Assembly: GCA_040954595.2 (NCBI GenBank)
Contig: CM082592.2
Span: forward strand, 992,001 to 1,056,000
Direction of reading: 5' to 3'
Source of the DNA: Balanoglossus misakiensis
Lineage: Eukaryota; Animalia; Hemichordata
DNA length: 64,000 nt
This document shows positions 26,401-41,400 of the stretch, piece by piece; the stretch's first letter is position 1; every line of letters begins with the position of its first letter. The notes below the pieces were generated by a model. That model was not told where the DNA came from, ran no database searches, and saw nothing but the letters and a program-made list of their open reading frames with translations. The translations under genes were made by a program, and so were the position numbers.

Positions 26401-29400
26401 TTTCGACTTTTTTTTCGAAAAATTGTCTTTTTTACAAAATAAATAAGAATAAATTCTTTTCTTAGTTTCAAACGGGTAGAGATACTTTCCACACGGATTT
26501 TCTAACATTGAATTCCCGTTCATCAACTCAGATTTCCTACAGCATAAGTCGGCTAAAATCCTGACACTCTAGAGCAGAAACAGTTGCACACTGGTAACGT
26601 TGAATAAGTCGATTTTTCTACGGCCTGGCTCGGCTAAATCTTCGTCACAATATGACAGACACTATCGTACGTTAGCAACGGTGATCAAGTCAGATTTTCT
26701 ACGGCATGGCTTGGATAAAGCCCCGGCACTCTAGAGCAGAAACACGCGTACAGAGACCACGTTGATCTACTCACATTTCCTTCGGCCTGGCACGGCTGAT
26801 GCCCCGGCACTATATATAGGACACAGACTGGCGTAAGTTAACAACGGTAATCACGTCGGGTGTCCTACGGCCTGGCTCAGCTGAAGCCCCGGCGCTCTAG
26901 AGCAGAAACAGGCGTACATTGACCACGTTGATCAAGTCAGATTTCCTACGGCGTGACTCGGCTGGTGCACCGGCTCTATATGACACAGACTGGCGTAAGT
27001 TATCAACGGTGTTTACGTCGGATTTCCTACGGCCTGGTTTAGCTGAAGCCCCGGCACTTTAGAGCGGAAACACGCGTACATTGACCACGATGATCAAGTC
27101 AGATCTCCTACGGCCTGGCTCGACTAAAACCCCGGCACACCATGACAGACACTAGCGTTCGTTAGCAACGGTGATCAAGTCGGATTTCCTTCGGCCTGGC
27201 TCTGCAAAAGACCCGACACTCTAGTACAAAGACGTTGGCTAAGTCGGGCAAACTGAACAGGGAAAGTCACAGCGGGTCAACACTCGACATTTGTTCCGGT
27301 AGGACTGCATTATTGCCTGTCAATTTATAGAGGAAGCCCGAATTTAACCAGGGCGTTTCAAACACCGACGTTAGTTGGGGGCACGGCCTGCAGTACTGCC
27401 GGGTAAGCTGACATCAGCGTACCGCATATAATGTAGGGGGGGGGGGGGAACAGAACGGTTAAATACTACATTTATCAGATAGCAGCTAATTTTGGACAAT
27501 CATCTAAAATGTAAATCATCTTTTCATATTTGGATATCTGATGATGTATGACATTTCCATTATATGTAAAAATGGTGCTGATTATAAAAATGCACTCTGA
27601 ATGAGCTGATTTAATACAAAATTGCGTTTTATTCGTTTTTGCACCAAAAAGGTCATTTTTAGGCAAAACATTCTTTATTTTTTTAATTCGGTGACCTGAT
27701 CATATATAAGCAATTGCTTGCATGTTAAAAGTTTTTATGACTTTTAAAAGCAGTGACACTGGCGGCATTCAACACGAAAATAACAATTTTAACCACAATT
27801 TGGTCAAAATGGTAAATTTTTGAAAATTACAAAAAATACCTGTTTTCTACATTTTCGGAAATCTGATGGAGTATAGAATGCTCTTCGTATATATATATCG
27901 ATACAAATTCCACAAAAGACCGTCTAATTTGGCTCACTGCAGACAAAATTGCGTTTTACCAAATTTTCCTTGAAAATGTCATTTTTAGAAAAATAAAATA
28001 AAAAAAACCTTCGTTCTTCGAATTTGGTGCCCTGATCATATATGACATGTTGATTGTATGTTAAAACTTTCGACCACTCCAAAAATGCAGAGATATTGAC
28101 GGAATTCAAGAAAAAATAGCCATTTTGGCCATATTTTGATAAAAATGGTAAATTTTTGAAAAATCATAAAAAATTAACTCTTTTCTTCATTTTCGGAAAT
28201 ATTATGGAGCATGAAGTGTCGTTCTCTTGCAAAAAGTGCTGCAAATTCCAGAAAAGGCGGTATAATTTGAATCACCCAAGACAAAATTACCATTTTCAAC
28301 TTTTTTTCGAAAAATTGTCTTTTTTTACAAAATAAATAAGAATAAATTCTTTTCTTAGTTTCAAACGGGTAGAGATACTTTCCACACGGGTTTTCTAACA
28401 TTGAATTCCCGTTCATCAACTCAGATTTCCTACAGCATAAGTCGGCTAAAACCCTGACACTCTAGAGCAGAAACAGTTGCACACTGGTAACGTTGAACAA
28501 GTCGATTTTTCTACGACCTGGCTCGGCTAAATCTCCGTCACAATATGACAGACACTAGCGTACGTTAGCAACGGTGATCAAGTCAGATTTTCTACGGCAT
28601 GGCTTGGATAAAGCCCCGGCACTCTAGAGCAGAAACACGCGTACAGAGACCACGTTGATCAAGTCTGATCTCCTACGGCTTGGCTCGACTAAAACCCCGG
28701 CACACTATGACAGACACTAGCGTTCGTTATCAACTTTGATCAAGTCAGATTTCCTACGGCATGGCTTAGCTAAAGCCCTGGCACTCTAGAGCAGAAACAC
28801 GCGTACAGAGACCACGTTGATCTTCTCACATTTCCTTCGGCCTGGCACGGCTGATGCCCCGGCACTATATATAGGACACAGACTGGCGTAAGTTAACAAC
28901 GGTAATCACGTCGGGTTTCCTACGGCCTGGCTCAGCTGAAGCCCCGGCACTCTAGAGCAGAAACAGGCGTACATTGACCACGTTGATCAAGTCAGATTTC
29001 CTACGGCGTGACTCGGCTGGTGCACCGGCTCTATATGACACAGACTGGCGTAAGTTATCAACGGTGATTACGTCGGATTTCCTACGGCCTGGTTTAGCTG
29101 AAGCCCCGGCACTTTAGAGCGGAAACACGCGTACATTGACCACGATGATCAAGTCAGATCTCCTACGGCCTGGCTCGACTAAAACCCCGGCACACCATGA
29201 CAGACACTAGCGTTCGTTAGCAACGGTGATCAAGTCGGATTTCCTTCGGCCTGGCTCTGCAAAAGACCCGACACTCTAGTACAAAGACGTTGGCTAAGTC
29301 GGGCAAACTGAACAGGGAAAGTCACAGCGGGTCAACACTCGACATTTGTTCCGGTAGGACTGCATTATTGCCTGTCAATTTATAGAGGAAGCCCGAATTT

Positions 29401-32400
29401 AACCAGGGCGTTTCAAACACCGACGTTAGTTGGGGGCACGGCCTGCAGTACTGCCGGGTAAGCTGACATCAGCGTACCGCATATAATGTAGGGGGGGGGG
29501 AACAGAACGGTTAAATACTACATTTATCAGATAGCAGCTAATTTTGGACAATCATCTAAAATGTAAATCATCTTTTCATATTTGGATATCTGATGATGTA
29601 TGACATTTCCATTATATGTAAAAATGGTGCTGATTATAAAAATGCACTCTGAATGAGCTGATTTAATACAAAATTGCGTTTTATTCGTTTTTGCACCAAA
29701 AAGGTCATTTTTAGGCAAAACATTCTTTATTTTTTTAATTCGGTGACCTGATCATATATAAGCAATTGCTTGCATGTTAAAAGTTTTTATGACTTTTAAA
29801 AGCAGTGACACTGGCGGCATTCAACACGAAAATAACAATTTTAACCACAATTTGGTCAAAATGGTAAATTTTTGAAAATTACAAAAAATACCTGTTTTCT
29901 ACATTTTCGGAAATCTGATGGAGTATAGAATGCTCTTCGTATATATATATCGATACAAATTCCACAAAAGACCGTCTAATTTGGCTCACTGCAGACAAAA
30001 TTGCGTTTTACCAAATTTTCCTTGAAAATGTCATTTTTAGAAAAATAAAATAAAAAAAACCTTCGTTCTTCGAATTTGGTGCCCTGATCATATATGACAT
30101 GTTGATTGTATGTTAAAACTTTCGACCACTCCAAAAATGCAGAGATATTGACGGAATTCAAGAAAAAATAGCCATTTTGGCCATATTTTGATAAAAATGG
30201 TAAATTTTTGAAAAATCATAAAAAATTAACTCTTTTCTTCATTTTCGGAAATATTATGGAGCATGAAGTGTCGTTCTCTTGCAAAAAGTGCTGCAAATTC
30301 CAGAAAAGGCGGTATAATTTGAATCACCCAAGACAAAATTACCATTTTCAACTTTTTTTCGAAAAATTGTCTTTTTTTACAAAATAAATAAGAATAAATT
30401 CTTTTCTTAGTTTCAAACGGGTAGAGATACTTTCCACACGGGTTTTCTAACATTGAATTCCCGTTCATCAACTCAGATTTCCTACAGCATAAGTCGGCTA
30501 AAACCCTGACACTCTAGAGCAGAAACAGTTGCACACTGGTAACGTTGAACAAGTCGATTTTTCTACGACCTGGCTCGGCTAAATCTCCGTCACAATATGA
30601 CAGACACTAGCGTACGTTAGCAACGGTGATCAAGTCAGATTTTCTACGGCATGGCTTGGATAAAGCCCCGGCACTCTAGAGCAGAAACACGCGTACAGAG
30701 ACCACGTTGATCAAGTCTGATCTCCTACGGCTTGGCTCGACTAAAACCCCGGCACACTATGACAGACACTAGCGTTCGTTATCAACTTTGATCAAGTCAG
30801 ATTTCCTACGGCATGGCTTAGCTAAAGCCCTGGCACTCTAGAGCAGAAACACGCGTACAGAGACCACGTTGATCTTCTCACATTTCCTTCGGCCTGGCAC
30901 GGCTGATGCCCCGGCACTATATATAGGACACAGACTGGCGTAAGTTAACAACGGTAATCACGTCGGGTTTCCTACGGCCTGGCTCAGCTGAAGCCCCGGC
31001 ACTCTAGAGCAGAAACAGGCGTACATTGACCACGTTGATCAAGTCAGATTTCCTACGGCGTGACTCGGCTGGTGCACCGGCTCTATATGACACAGACTGG
31101 CGTAAGTTATCAACGGTGATTACGTCGGATTTCCTACGGCCTGGTTTAGCTGAAGCCCCGGCACTTTAGAGCGGAAACACGCGTACATTGACCACGATGA
31201 TCAAGTCAGATCTCCTACGGCCTGGCTCGACTAAAACCCCGGCACACCATGACAGACACTAGCGTTCGTTAGCAACGGTGATCAAGTCGGATTTCCTTCG
31301 GCCTGGCTCTGCAAAAGACCCGACACTCTAGTACAAAGACGTTGGCTAAGTCGGGCAAACCGAACAGGGAAAGTCACAGCGGTTCAACACTTGACATTTG
31401 TTCCGGTAGGACTGCATTATTGCCTGTCGATTTATAGAGAGAGCCCGAATTTAACCAGGGCGTTTCAAACACCGACGTTTGTTGGGGGCACGGCCTACAG
31501 TACTGCCGGGTAAGCTGACATCGGCGTACCGCATATAATGTAAGGGGGGGGGGGACAGAACGGTTCAATACTACATTTATTAGATATCAGCTAATTTTGG
31601 ACAATCATCTAAAATCTAAATCATTTTTTCATATTTGGATATCTGATGATGTATGAAATTTCCATTATATGTAAAAATGGTGCTTATTATAAAACATGCA
31701 CTCTGAATGAACTGATTTAATACAAGATTGCGTTTTATTCGTTTTTGCACCAAAAAGGTCATTTTAGGCAAAACATTCTTTATTTTTTTAATTCGGTGAC
31801 CTGATCATATATAAACAATTGCTTGTATGTTAAAAGTTTTTATGACTTTTAAAAGCAGTGACACTGGCGGCATTCATCACGAAAATAACAATTTTAGCCA
31901 CAATTTGGTCAAAATGGTAAATTTTTGAAATTTACAAAAAATACCTGTTTTCTACATTTTCGGAAATCTGATGGAGTGTAGAATGCTCTTCGTATGTATA
32001 TATCGATACAAATTCCACAAAAGACCGTCTAATTTGGCTCACTGCAGACAAAATTGCGTTTTACCAAATTTTCCTTGAAAATGTCATTTTTAGAAAAAAA
32101 AAAAAAACCTTTGTTCTTCGAATTTGGTGCCCTGATCATATATGACATGTTGATTGTATGTTAAGACTTTCGACCACTCCAAAAATGCTGAGATATTGAC
32201 GGAATTCAAGAAAAATAGCCATTTTGGCCATATTTTGACAAAAATGGTAAATTTTTGAAAAATCATAAAAAATTAACTCTTTTCTTCATTTTCGGAAATA
32301 TTATGGAGCATGAAGTGTCGTTCTCTTGTAAAAAGTGCTGCAAATTCCAGAAAAGGCGGTATAATTTGAATCACCCAAGACAAAATTGCAATTTTTCGAC

Positions 32401-35400
32401 TTTTTTTCGAAAAATTGTCTTTTTTACAAAATAAATAAGAATAAATTCTTTTCTTAGTTTCAAACGGGTAGAGATACTTTCCACACGGGTTTTCTAACAT
32501 TGAATTCCCGTTCATCAACTCAGATTTCCTACAAGTCGGCTAAAACCTTGACACTCTAGAACAGAAACAGTTGCACACTGGTAACGTTGAACAAGTCGAT
32601 TTTTCTACGGCCTGGCTCGGCTAAATCTCCGTCACAATATGACAGACACTAGCGTAGGTTAGCAACGGTGATCAAGTCAGATTTTCTACGGCATGGCTTG
32701 GATAAAGCCCCGGCACTCCAGAGCAGAAACACGCGTACAGAGACCACGTTGATCAAGTCTGATCTCCTACGGCTTGGTTCGACTAAAACCCCGGCACACT
32801 ATGACAGACACTAGCGTTCGTTAGCAACGGTGATCAAGTCAGATTTTCTACGGCATGGCTTGGCTAAAGCCCTGACACTCTAGAGCAGAAACACGCGTAC
32901 AGAGACCACGTTGATCGACTAACATTTCCTTCGGCCTGGCACGGCTGATGCCCCGGCACTATATATAGGACACAGACTGGCGTAAGTTAACAACGGTAAT
33001 CACGTCGGGTTTCCTACGGCCTGGCTCAGCTGAAGCCCCGGCACTCTAGAGCAGAAACAGGCGTACATTGACCACGTTGATCAAGTCAGATTTCCTACGG
33101 CGTGACTCGGCTGGTGAACCGGCTCTATATGACACAGACTGGCGTAAGTTATCAACGGTGATTACGTCGGATTTCCTACGGCCTGGTTTAGCTGAAGCCC
33201 CGGCACTTTAGAGCGGAAACACGCGTACGTACATTGACCACGATGATCAAGGCAGATCTCCTACGGCCTGGCTCGACTAAAACCCCGGCACACCATGACA
33301 GACACTAGCGTTCGTTAGCAACGGTGATCAAGTCGGATTTCCTTCGGCCTGGCTCTGCAAAAGACCCGACACTCTAGTACAAAGACGTTGGCTAAGTCGG
33401 GCAAACCGAAGAGGGAAAGTCACAGCGGGTCAACACTCGACATTTGTTCGGGTAGGACTGCATTATTGCCTGTCAATTTATAGAGAAAGCCCGAATTTAA
33501 CCAGGGCGTTACAAACACCGACGTTAGTTGGGGGCACGGCCTGCAGTACTGCCGGGTAAGCTGACATCGGCGTACCGCATATAATGTGGGGGGGGGGGGG
33601 GAAACAGAACGGTTCAATACTACATTTATTAGATATCAGCTAATTTTGGACAATCGTCTAAAATCTAAATCATTTTTTCATATTTGGATATCTGATGATG
33701 TATGAAATTTCCATTATATGTAAATATGGTGCTGATTATAAAAAATGCACTCTGAATGAACTGATTTAATACAAAATTACGTTTTATTCGTTTTTGCACC
33801 TAAAAGGTCATTTTTAGGCAAAACATTCTTTATTTTTTTAATTCGGTGACCTGATCATATATAAAGAATGGCTTGTATGTTAAAAGTTTTTATGACTTTT
33901 CAAAGCAGTGACACTGGCGGCATTCAACACGAAAATAACACTTTTAGCCACAATTTGGTCAAAATGGAAAATTTTTCAAAATTACAAAAAATACCCTTTT
34001 CTACATTTTCGGAAATCTGATGGAGTATAGAATGCTCTTCGTATGTATATATCGATACAAATTCCACAAAAGACCGTCTAATTTGGCTCACTGCAGACAA
34101 AATTGCGTTTTACCAAATTTTCCTTGAAAATGTCATTTTTAGAAAAAAAAATAAAAAAACCTTTGTTCTTCGAATTTGGTGCCCCGATTAATATGACATG
34201 TTGATTGTATGTTAAAACATTCGACCACTCCAAAAATGCAGAGATATTGACGGAATTCAAGAAAAAATAGCCATTTTGGCCATATTTTGACAAAAATGGT
34301 AAAATTTTAAAAAATCATAAAAAATTAACTCTTTTCTTCATTTTCGGAAATATTATGGAGCATGAAGTGTCGTTCTCTTGTAAAAAGTGCTGCAAATTCC
34401 AGAAAAGGTGGTATAATTCGAATCACCCAAGACAAAATTACCACTTTCGCCTTTGTTTCGAAAAATTGTCTTTTTTACAAAATAAATAAGAATAAATTCT
34501 TTTCTTAGTTTCAAACGGGTAGAGATACTTTCCACAAGGGTTTTCTAACATTGAATTCCCGTTCATCAACTCTGATTTCCTACAGCATAAATCAGCTAAA
34601 ACCCTGACACTCTAGAGCAGAAACAGTTGCACACTGGTAACGTTGAACAAGTCGATTTTTTACGGCCTGGCTCGGCTAAATCTCCGTCACAATATGACAG
34701 ACACTAGCGTACGTTAGCAACGGTGATCAAGTCAGATTTTCTACGGCATGGCTTGGATAAAGCCCCGGCACTCAAGAGCAGAAACACGCGTACAGAGACC
34801 ACGTTGATCAAGTCTGATCTCCTACGGCTTGGCTCGACTAAAACCCCGGCACACTATGACAGACACTAGCGTTCGTTAGCAACGTTGATCAAGTCAGATT
34901 TCCTACGGCATGGCTTTGCTAAAGCCCTGACACTCTAGAGCAGAAACACGCGTACAGAGACCACTTTGATCTACTCACATTTCCTTCGGCCTGGCACGGC
35001 TGATGCCCCGGCACTATATATAGGACACAGACTGGCGTAAGTTAACAACGGTAATCACGTCGGGTTTCCTACGGCCTGGCTCAGCTGAAGCCCCGGCACT
35101 CTAGAGCAGAAACAGGCGTACATTGACCACGTTGATCAAGTCAGATTTCCTACGGCGTGACTCGGCTGGTGCACCGGCTCTATATGACACAGACTGGCGT
35201 AAGTTATGAACGGTAATTACGTCGGATTTCCTACGGCCTGGTTTAGCTGAAGCCCCGGCACTTTAGAGCGGAAACACGCGTACATTGACCACGATGATCA
35301 AGTCAGATCTCCTACGGCCTGACTCGACTAAAACCCCGGCACACCATGACAGACACTAGCGTTCGTTAGCAACGGTGATCAAGTCGGATTTCCTTCGGCC

Positions 35401-38400
35401 TGGCTCTGCAAAAGACCCGACACTCTAGTACAAAGACGTCGGCTAAGTCGGGCAAACCGAAGAGGGAAAGTCACAGCGTGTCAACACTCGACATTTGTTC
35501 GGGTAGGACTGCATTATTGCCTGTCAATTTATAGAGAAAGCCCGAATTTAACCAGGGCGTTTCAAACACCGACGTTAGTTGGGGGCACGGCCTGCAGTAC
35601 TGCCGGGTAAGCTGACATCGGCGTACCGCATATAATGTAGGGGAGGGGGGGAACAGAACGGTTCAATACTACATTTATTAGATATCAGCTAATTTTGGAC
35701 AATCATCTAAAATCTAAATCATTTTTTCATATTTGTATATCTGGTGATGTATGAAATTTCCATTATATGTAAAAATGGTGCTGATTATAAAAAAATGCAC
35801 TCTGAATGAGCTTATTTAATACAAAATTGCGTTTTATTCGTTTTTGCACCAAAAAGGTCATTTTTAGGCCAAACATTCTTTATTTTTTTTAATTCGGTGA
35901 CCTGATCATATATAAACAATTGCTTGTATGTTAAAAGTTTTTATGACTTTTAAAAGCAGTGACACTGGCGGCATTCAACACGAAAATAACAATTTTAGCC
36001 ATAATTTGGTCAAAATGGTAAATTTTTGAAAATTACAAAAAATACCTGTTTTCTACATTTTCGGAAATCTGATGGAGTATAGAATGCTCTTCGTATGTAT
36101 ATATCGATACAAATTCCACAAAAGACAATCTAATTTGGCTCACTGCAGACAAAATTGCGTTTTACCAAATGTTCCTTGAAAATGTCATTTTTAGAAAAAA
36201 AACTAAAAAAAACTTTGTTCTTCGAATTTGGTGCCCTGATCATATATGACATGTTGATTGTATGTTAAAAGTTTCGACCACTCCAAAAATGCAGAGATAT
36301 TGACGGAATTCAAGAAAAAATAGCCATTTTGGCCATATTTTGACAAAAATGGTAATTTTTTAAAAAATCATAAAAAATTAACTCTTTTCTTCATTTTCGG
36401 AAATATTATGGAGCATGAAGTGTCGTTCTCTTGTAAAAAGTGCTGCAAATTCCAGAAAAGGCGGTATAATTTGAATCACCCAAGACAAAATTACCATTTT
36501 CGACTTTTTTTCGAAAAATTGTCTTGTTTTACAAAATAAATAAGAATAAATTCTTTTCTTAGTTTCAAACGGGTAGAGATACTTTACACACGGGTTTTCT
36601 AACATTGAATTCCCGTTCATCAACTCAGATTTCCTACAGCACAAGTCGGCTAAAACCCTGACACTCTAGAGCAGAAACAGTTGCACACTGGTAACGTTGA
36701 ACAAGTCGATTTTTCTACGGCCTGGCTCGGCTAAATCTCCGTCACAATATGACAGACACTAGCGTAAGTTAGCAACGGTGATCAAGTCAGATTTTCTACG
36801 GCATAGCTCGGATAAAGCCCCGGCACTCTAGAGCAGAAACACGCGTAAAGAGACCACGTTGATCAAGTCTGATCTCCTACGGCTTGGCTCGACTAAAACC
36901 CCGGCACACTATGACAGACACTAGCGTACATTGACCACGTTGATCAAGTCAGATTTCCTACGGCATGGCTTGGCTAAAGCCCTGGCACTCTAGAGCAGAA
37001 ACACGCGTACAGTGACCACGTTGATCTACTCACATTTCCTTAGGCCTGGCACGGCTGATGCCCCGCACTATATATAGGACACAGACTGGCGTAAGTTAAC
37101 AACGGTAATCACGTCGGGTTTCCTACGGCCTGGCTCAGCTGAAGCCCCGGCACTCTAGAGCAGAAACAGGCGTACATTGACCACGTTGATCAAATCAGAT
37201 TCCTACGGCGTGACTCGGCTGGTGCACCGGCTCTATATGACACAGACTGGCGTAAGTTATCAACGGTGATTACGTCGGATTTCCTACGGCCTGGTTTAAA
37301 TGAAGCCCTGGCACTCTAGAGCAGAAACACTCGTACATTGACCACGATTATCAAGTCAGATCTCCTACGGCCTGGCTCGACTAAAACCCCGGCACACCTT
37401 GACAGACACTAGCGTTCGTTAGCAACGTTGATCAAGTCAGATTTCCTACGGCATGGCTTGGCTAAAGCCCTGGCACTCTAGAGCAGAAACACGCGTACAG
37501 AGACCACGTTGATCTACTGACATTTCCTTTGGCCTGGCACGGCTGATACCCCGGCACTATATATAGGACACAGACTGGCGTAAGTTAACAACGGTAATCA
37601 CGTCGGGTTTCCTACGGCCTGGCTCAGCTGAAGCCCCGGCAATCTAGAGCAGAAACAGGCGTACATTGACCACGTTGATCAAGTCAGATTTCCTACGGCG
37701 TGACTCCACTGGTGCACCGGCTCTATATGACACTGAATGGCGAAAGTTATCAACGGTGATTACGTCGGATTTCCTACGGCCTGGTTTAGCTGAAGCCCCG
37801 GCACTTTAGAGCGGAAACACGCGTACATTGACCACGATGATCAAGTCAGATCTCCTACGGCCTGGCTCGACTAAAACCCCGGCACACCATGACAGACACT
37901 AGCGTTCGTTAGCAACGGTGATCAAGTCGGATTTCCTTCGGCCTGGCTCTGCAAAAGACACGACACTCTAGTACAAAGAGGTTGGCTAAGTCGGGCAAAC
38001 CGAAGAGGGAAAGTCACAGCAGGTCAACACTCGACATTTGTTCGGGTAGGACTGCATTATTGCCTGTCAATTTATAGAGAAAGCCCGTATTTAACCAGGG
38101 CGTTTCAAACACCGACGATAGTTGGGGGCACGGCCTGCAGTACTGCCGGGTATGCTGACATCGGCGTACCGCATATAATATAGGGGGGGGGACAGAACGG
38201 TTCAATACTACATTTATTAGATATCAGCTAATTTTGGACAATCATCTAAAATCTAAATCATTTTTTCATATTTGGATATCTGATGATGTATGAAATTTCC
38301 ATCATATGTAAAAATGGTGCTGATTATAAAAAATGCACTCTGAATGAGCTGATTTAATACAAAATTGCGTTTTATTCGTTTTTGCACCAAAAAGGTCATT

Positions 38401-41400
38401 TTTAGGCAAAACATTCTTAATTTTTTTAATTCGGTGACCTGATCATATATAAACAATTGCTTGTATGTTAAAAGTTTTTATGACTTTTAAAAGCAGTGAC
38501 ACTGGCGGCATTCAACACGAAAATAACAATTTTAGCCACAATTTGGTCAAAATGGTAAATTTTTGAAAATTACAAAAAATACCTGTTTTCTACATTTTCG
38601 GAAATCTGATGGAGTATAGAATGCTCTTCGTATGTATATATCGATACAAATTCCACAAAAGACAGTCTAATATGGCTCACTGCAGACAAAATTGCGTTTT
38701 ACCAAATTTTCCTTGAAAATGTCATTTTTAGAAAAAAAATAAAAAAACCTTTGTTCTTCGAATTTGGTGCCCTGATCATATATGACATGTTGATTCCAAA
38801 AATGCAGAGATATTGACAGAATTCAAGAAAAAATAGCCATTTTGGCCATATTTTGACAAAAATGGTAAATTTTTAAAAATCATAAAAAATTAACTCTTTT
38901 CTTCATTTTCGGAAATATTATGGAGCATGAAGTGTCGTTCTCTTGTAAAAAGTGCTGCAAATTCCAGAAAAGGCGGTATAATTTGAATCACCCAAGACAA
39001 AATTACCATTTTCGACTTTTTTTCGAAAAATTGTCTTTTTTACAAAATAAATAAGAATAAATTCTTTTCTTAGTTTCAAACGGGTAGAGATACTTTCCAC
39101 ACGGGTTTTCTAACATTGAATTCCCGTTCATCAACTCAGATTTCCTACAGCATAAGTCGGCTAAAAACCCTGACACTCTAGAGCAGAAACAGTTGCACAC
39201 TGGTAACGTTGAACAAGTCGATTTTTCTACGGCCTGGCTCGGCTAAATCTCCGTCACAATATGACAGACACTAGCGCACGTTAGCAACGGTGATCAAGTC
39301 AGATTTTCTACGGCATGGCTGGGATAAAGCCCCGGCACTCTGGAGAAGAAACACGCGTACAGAGACCACGTTGATCAAGTCTGATCTCCTACGGCTTGGC
39401 TCGACTAAAACCCCGGCACACTATGACAGACACTAGCGTTCGTTAGCAACGTTGATCAAGTCAGATTTCCTACGGCATGGCTTGGCTAAAGCCCCGGCAC
39501 TCTAGAGCAGAAACACGCGTACAGAGACCACGTTGATCAAGTCTGATATCCTACGGCTTGGCTCGACTAAAACCCCGGCACACTATGACAGACACTAGCG
39601 TTCGTTAGCAACGTTGATCAAGTCAGATTTCCTACGGCATGGCTTGGCTAAAGCCCTGGCACTCTAGAGCAGAAACACGCGTACAGAGACCACGTTGATC
39701 TACTCGGATTTCCTTCGGCCTGGCTCTGCAAAAGACCCGACACTCTAGTACAAAGACGTTGGCTAAGTCGGGCAAACCGAAGAGGGAAAGTCACAGCGGG
39801 TCAACACTCGACATTTGTTTGGGTAGGACTGCATTATTGCCTGTCAATTTATAGAGAAAGCCCGAATTTAACCAGGGCGTTTCAAACACCAACGTTAGTT
39901 TGGGGCACGGCCTGCAGTACTGCGGGGTAAGCTGACATCGGCGTACCGCATATAATGTAGGGGGGAAACAGAACGGTTCAATACTACGTTTATTAGATAT
40001 CAGCTAATTTTGGACAATCATCTAAAATCTAAACCATTTTCTCATATTTGGATATCTGATGATGTATGAAATTTCCATTATATGTAAAAATGGTGCTGAT
40101 TATAAAAAATGCACTCTGAATGAGCTGATTTAAGACAAAATTGCGTTTTATTCGTTTTTGCACCAAAAAGGTCATTTTTAGGCAAAATTATTTTTTTAAT
40201 TCGGCGACCTGATCATATATAAACAATTGCTTGTATGTTAAACGTTTTAATGACTTTTAAAAGCAGTGACACTGGCGGCATTCAACACGAAAATAACAAT
40301 TTTAGCCACAATTTGGTCAAAATGGTAAATTTTTGAAAATTACAAAAAATACCTGTTTTCTACATTTTCGGAAAACTGATGGAGTATAGAATGCTCTTCG
40401 TATGTATATATCGATACAAATTCCACAAAAGACCGTCTAATTTGGCTCACTGCAGACAAAATTGCGTTTTACCAAATTTTCCTTGAAAATGTCATTTTTA
40501 GAAAAAAAAATTAAAAAAACCTTTGTTCTTCGAATTTGGTGCCCTGATCATATATGACATGTTGATTGTATGTTAAAACTTTCGACCACTCCAAAAATGC
40601 AGATATATTGATGGAATTCAAGAAAAAATAGCCATTTTGGCCATATTTTGACAAAAATTGTAAATTTTTAAAAAATCATAAAAAATTAACTCTTTTCTTC
40701 ATTTTCGGAAATATTATGGAGCATGAAGTGTCGTTCTCTTGTAAAAAGTGCTGCAAATTCCAGAAAAGGCGGTATAATTTGAATCACCCAAGACAAAATT
40801 ACCATTTTCGACTTTTTTTCGAAAAAATGTCTTTTTTACAAAATAAATAAGAATAAATTCTTTTCTTAGTTTCAAACGGGTAGAGATACTTTCCACACGG
40901 GTTTTCTAACATTGAATTCCCGTTCATCAACTCAGATTTCCTACAGCATAAGTCGGCTAAAACCCTGACACTCTAGAGCAGAAACAGTTGCACACTGGTA
41001 ACGTTGAACAAGTCGATTTTTCTACGGCCTGGCTCGGCTAAATCTCTGTCACAATATGACAGACACTAGCGTAAGTTAGCAACGGTGATCAAGTCAGATT
41101 TTCTACGGCATAGCTCGGATAAAGCCCCGGCACTCTAGAGCAGAAACACGCGTACAGAGACCACGTTGATCAAGTCTGATCTCCTACGGCTTGGCTCGAC
41201 TAAAACCCCGGCACACTATGACAGACACTAGCGTTAGTAAGCAACGTTGATCAAGTCAGATTTCCTACGGCATGGCTTGGCTAAAGCCCTGGCACTCTAG
41301 AGCAGAAACACGCGTACAGAGACCACGTTGATCTACTCACATTTCCTTCGGCCTGGCACGGCTGATGCCCCGGCACTATATATAAGACACAGACTGGCGT

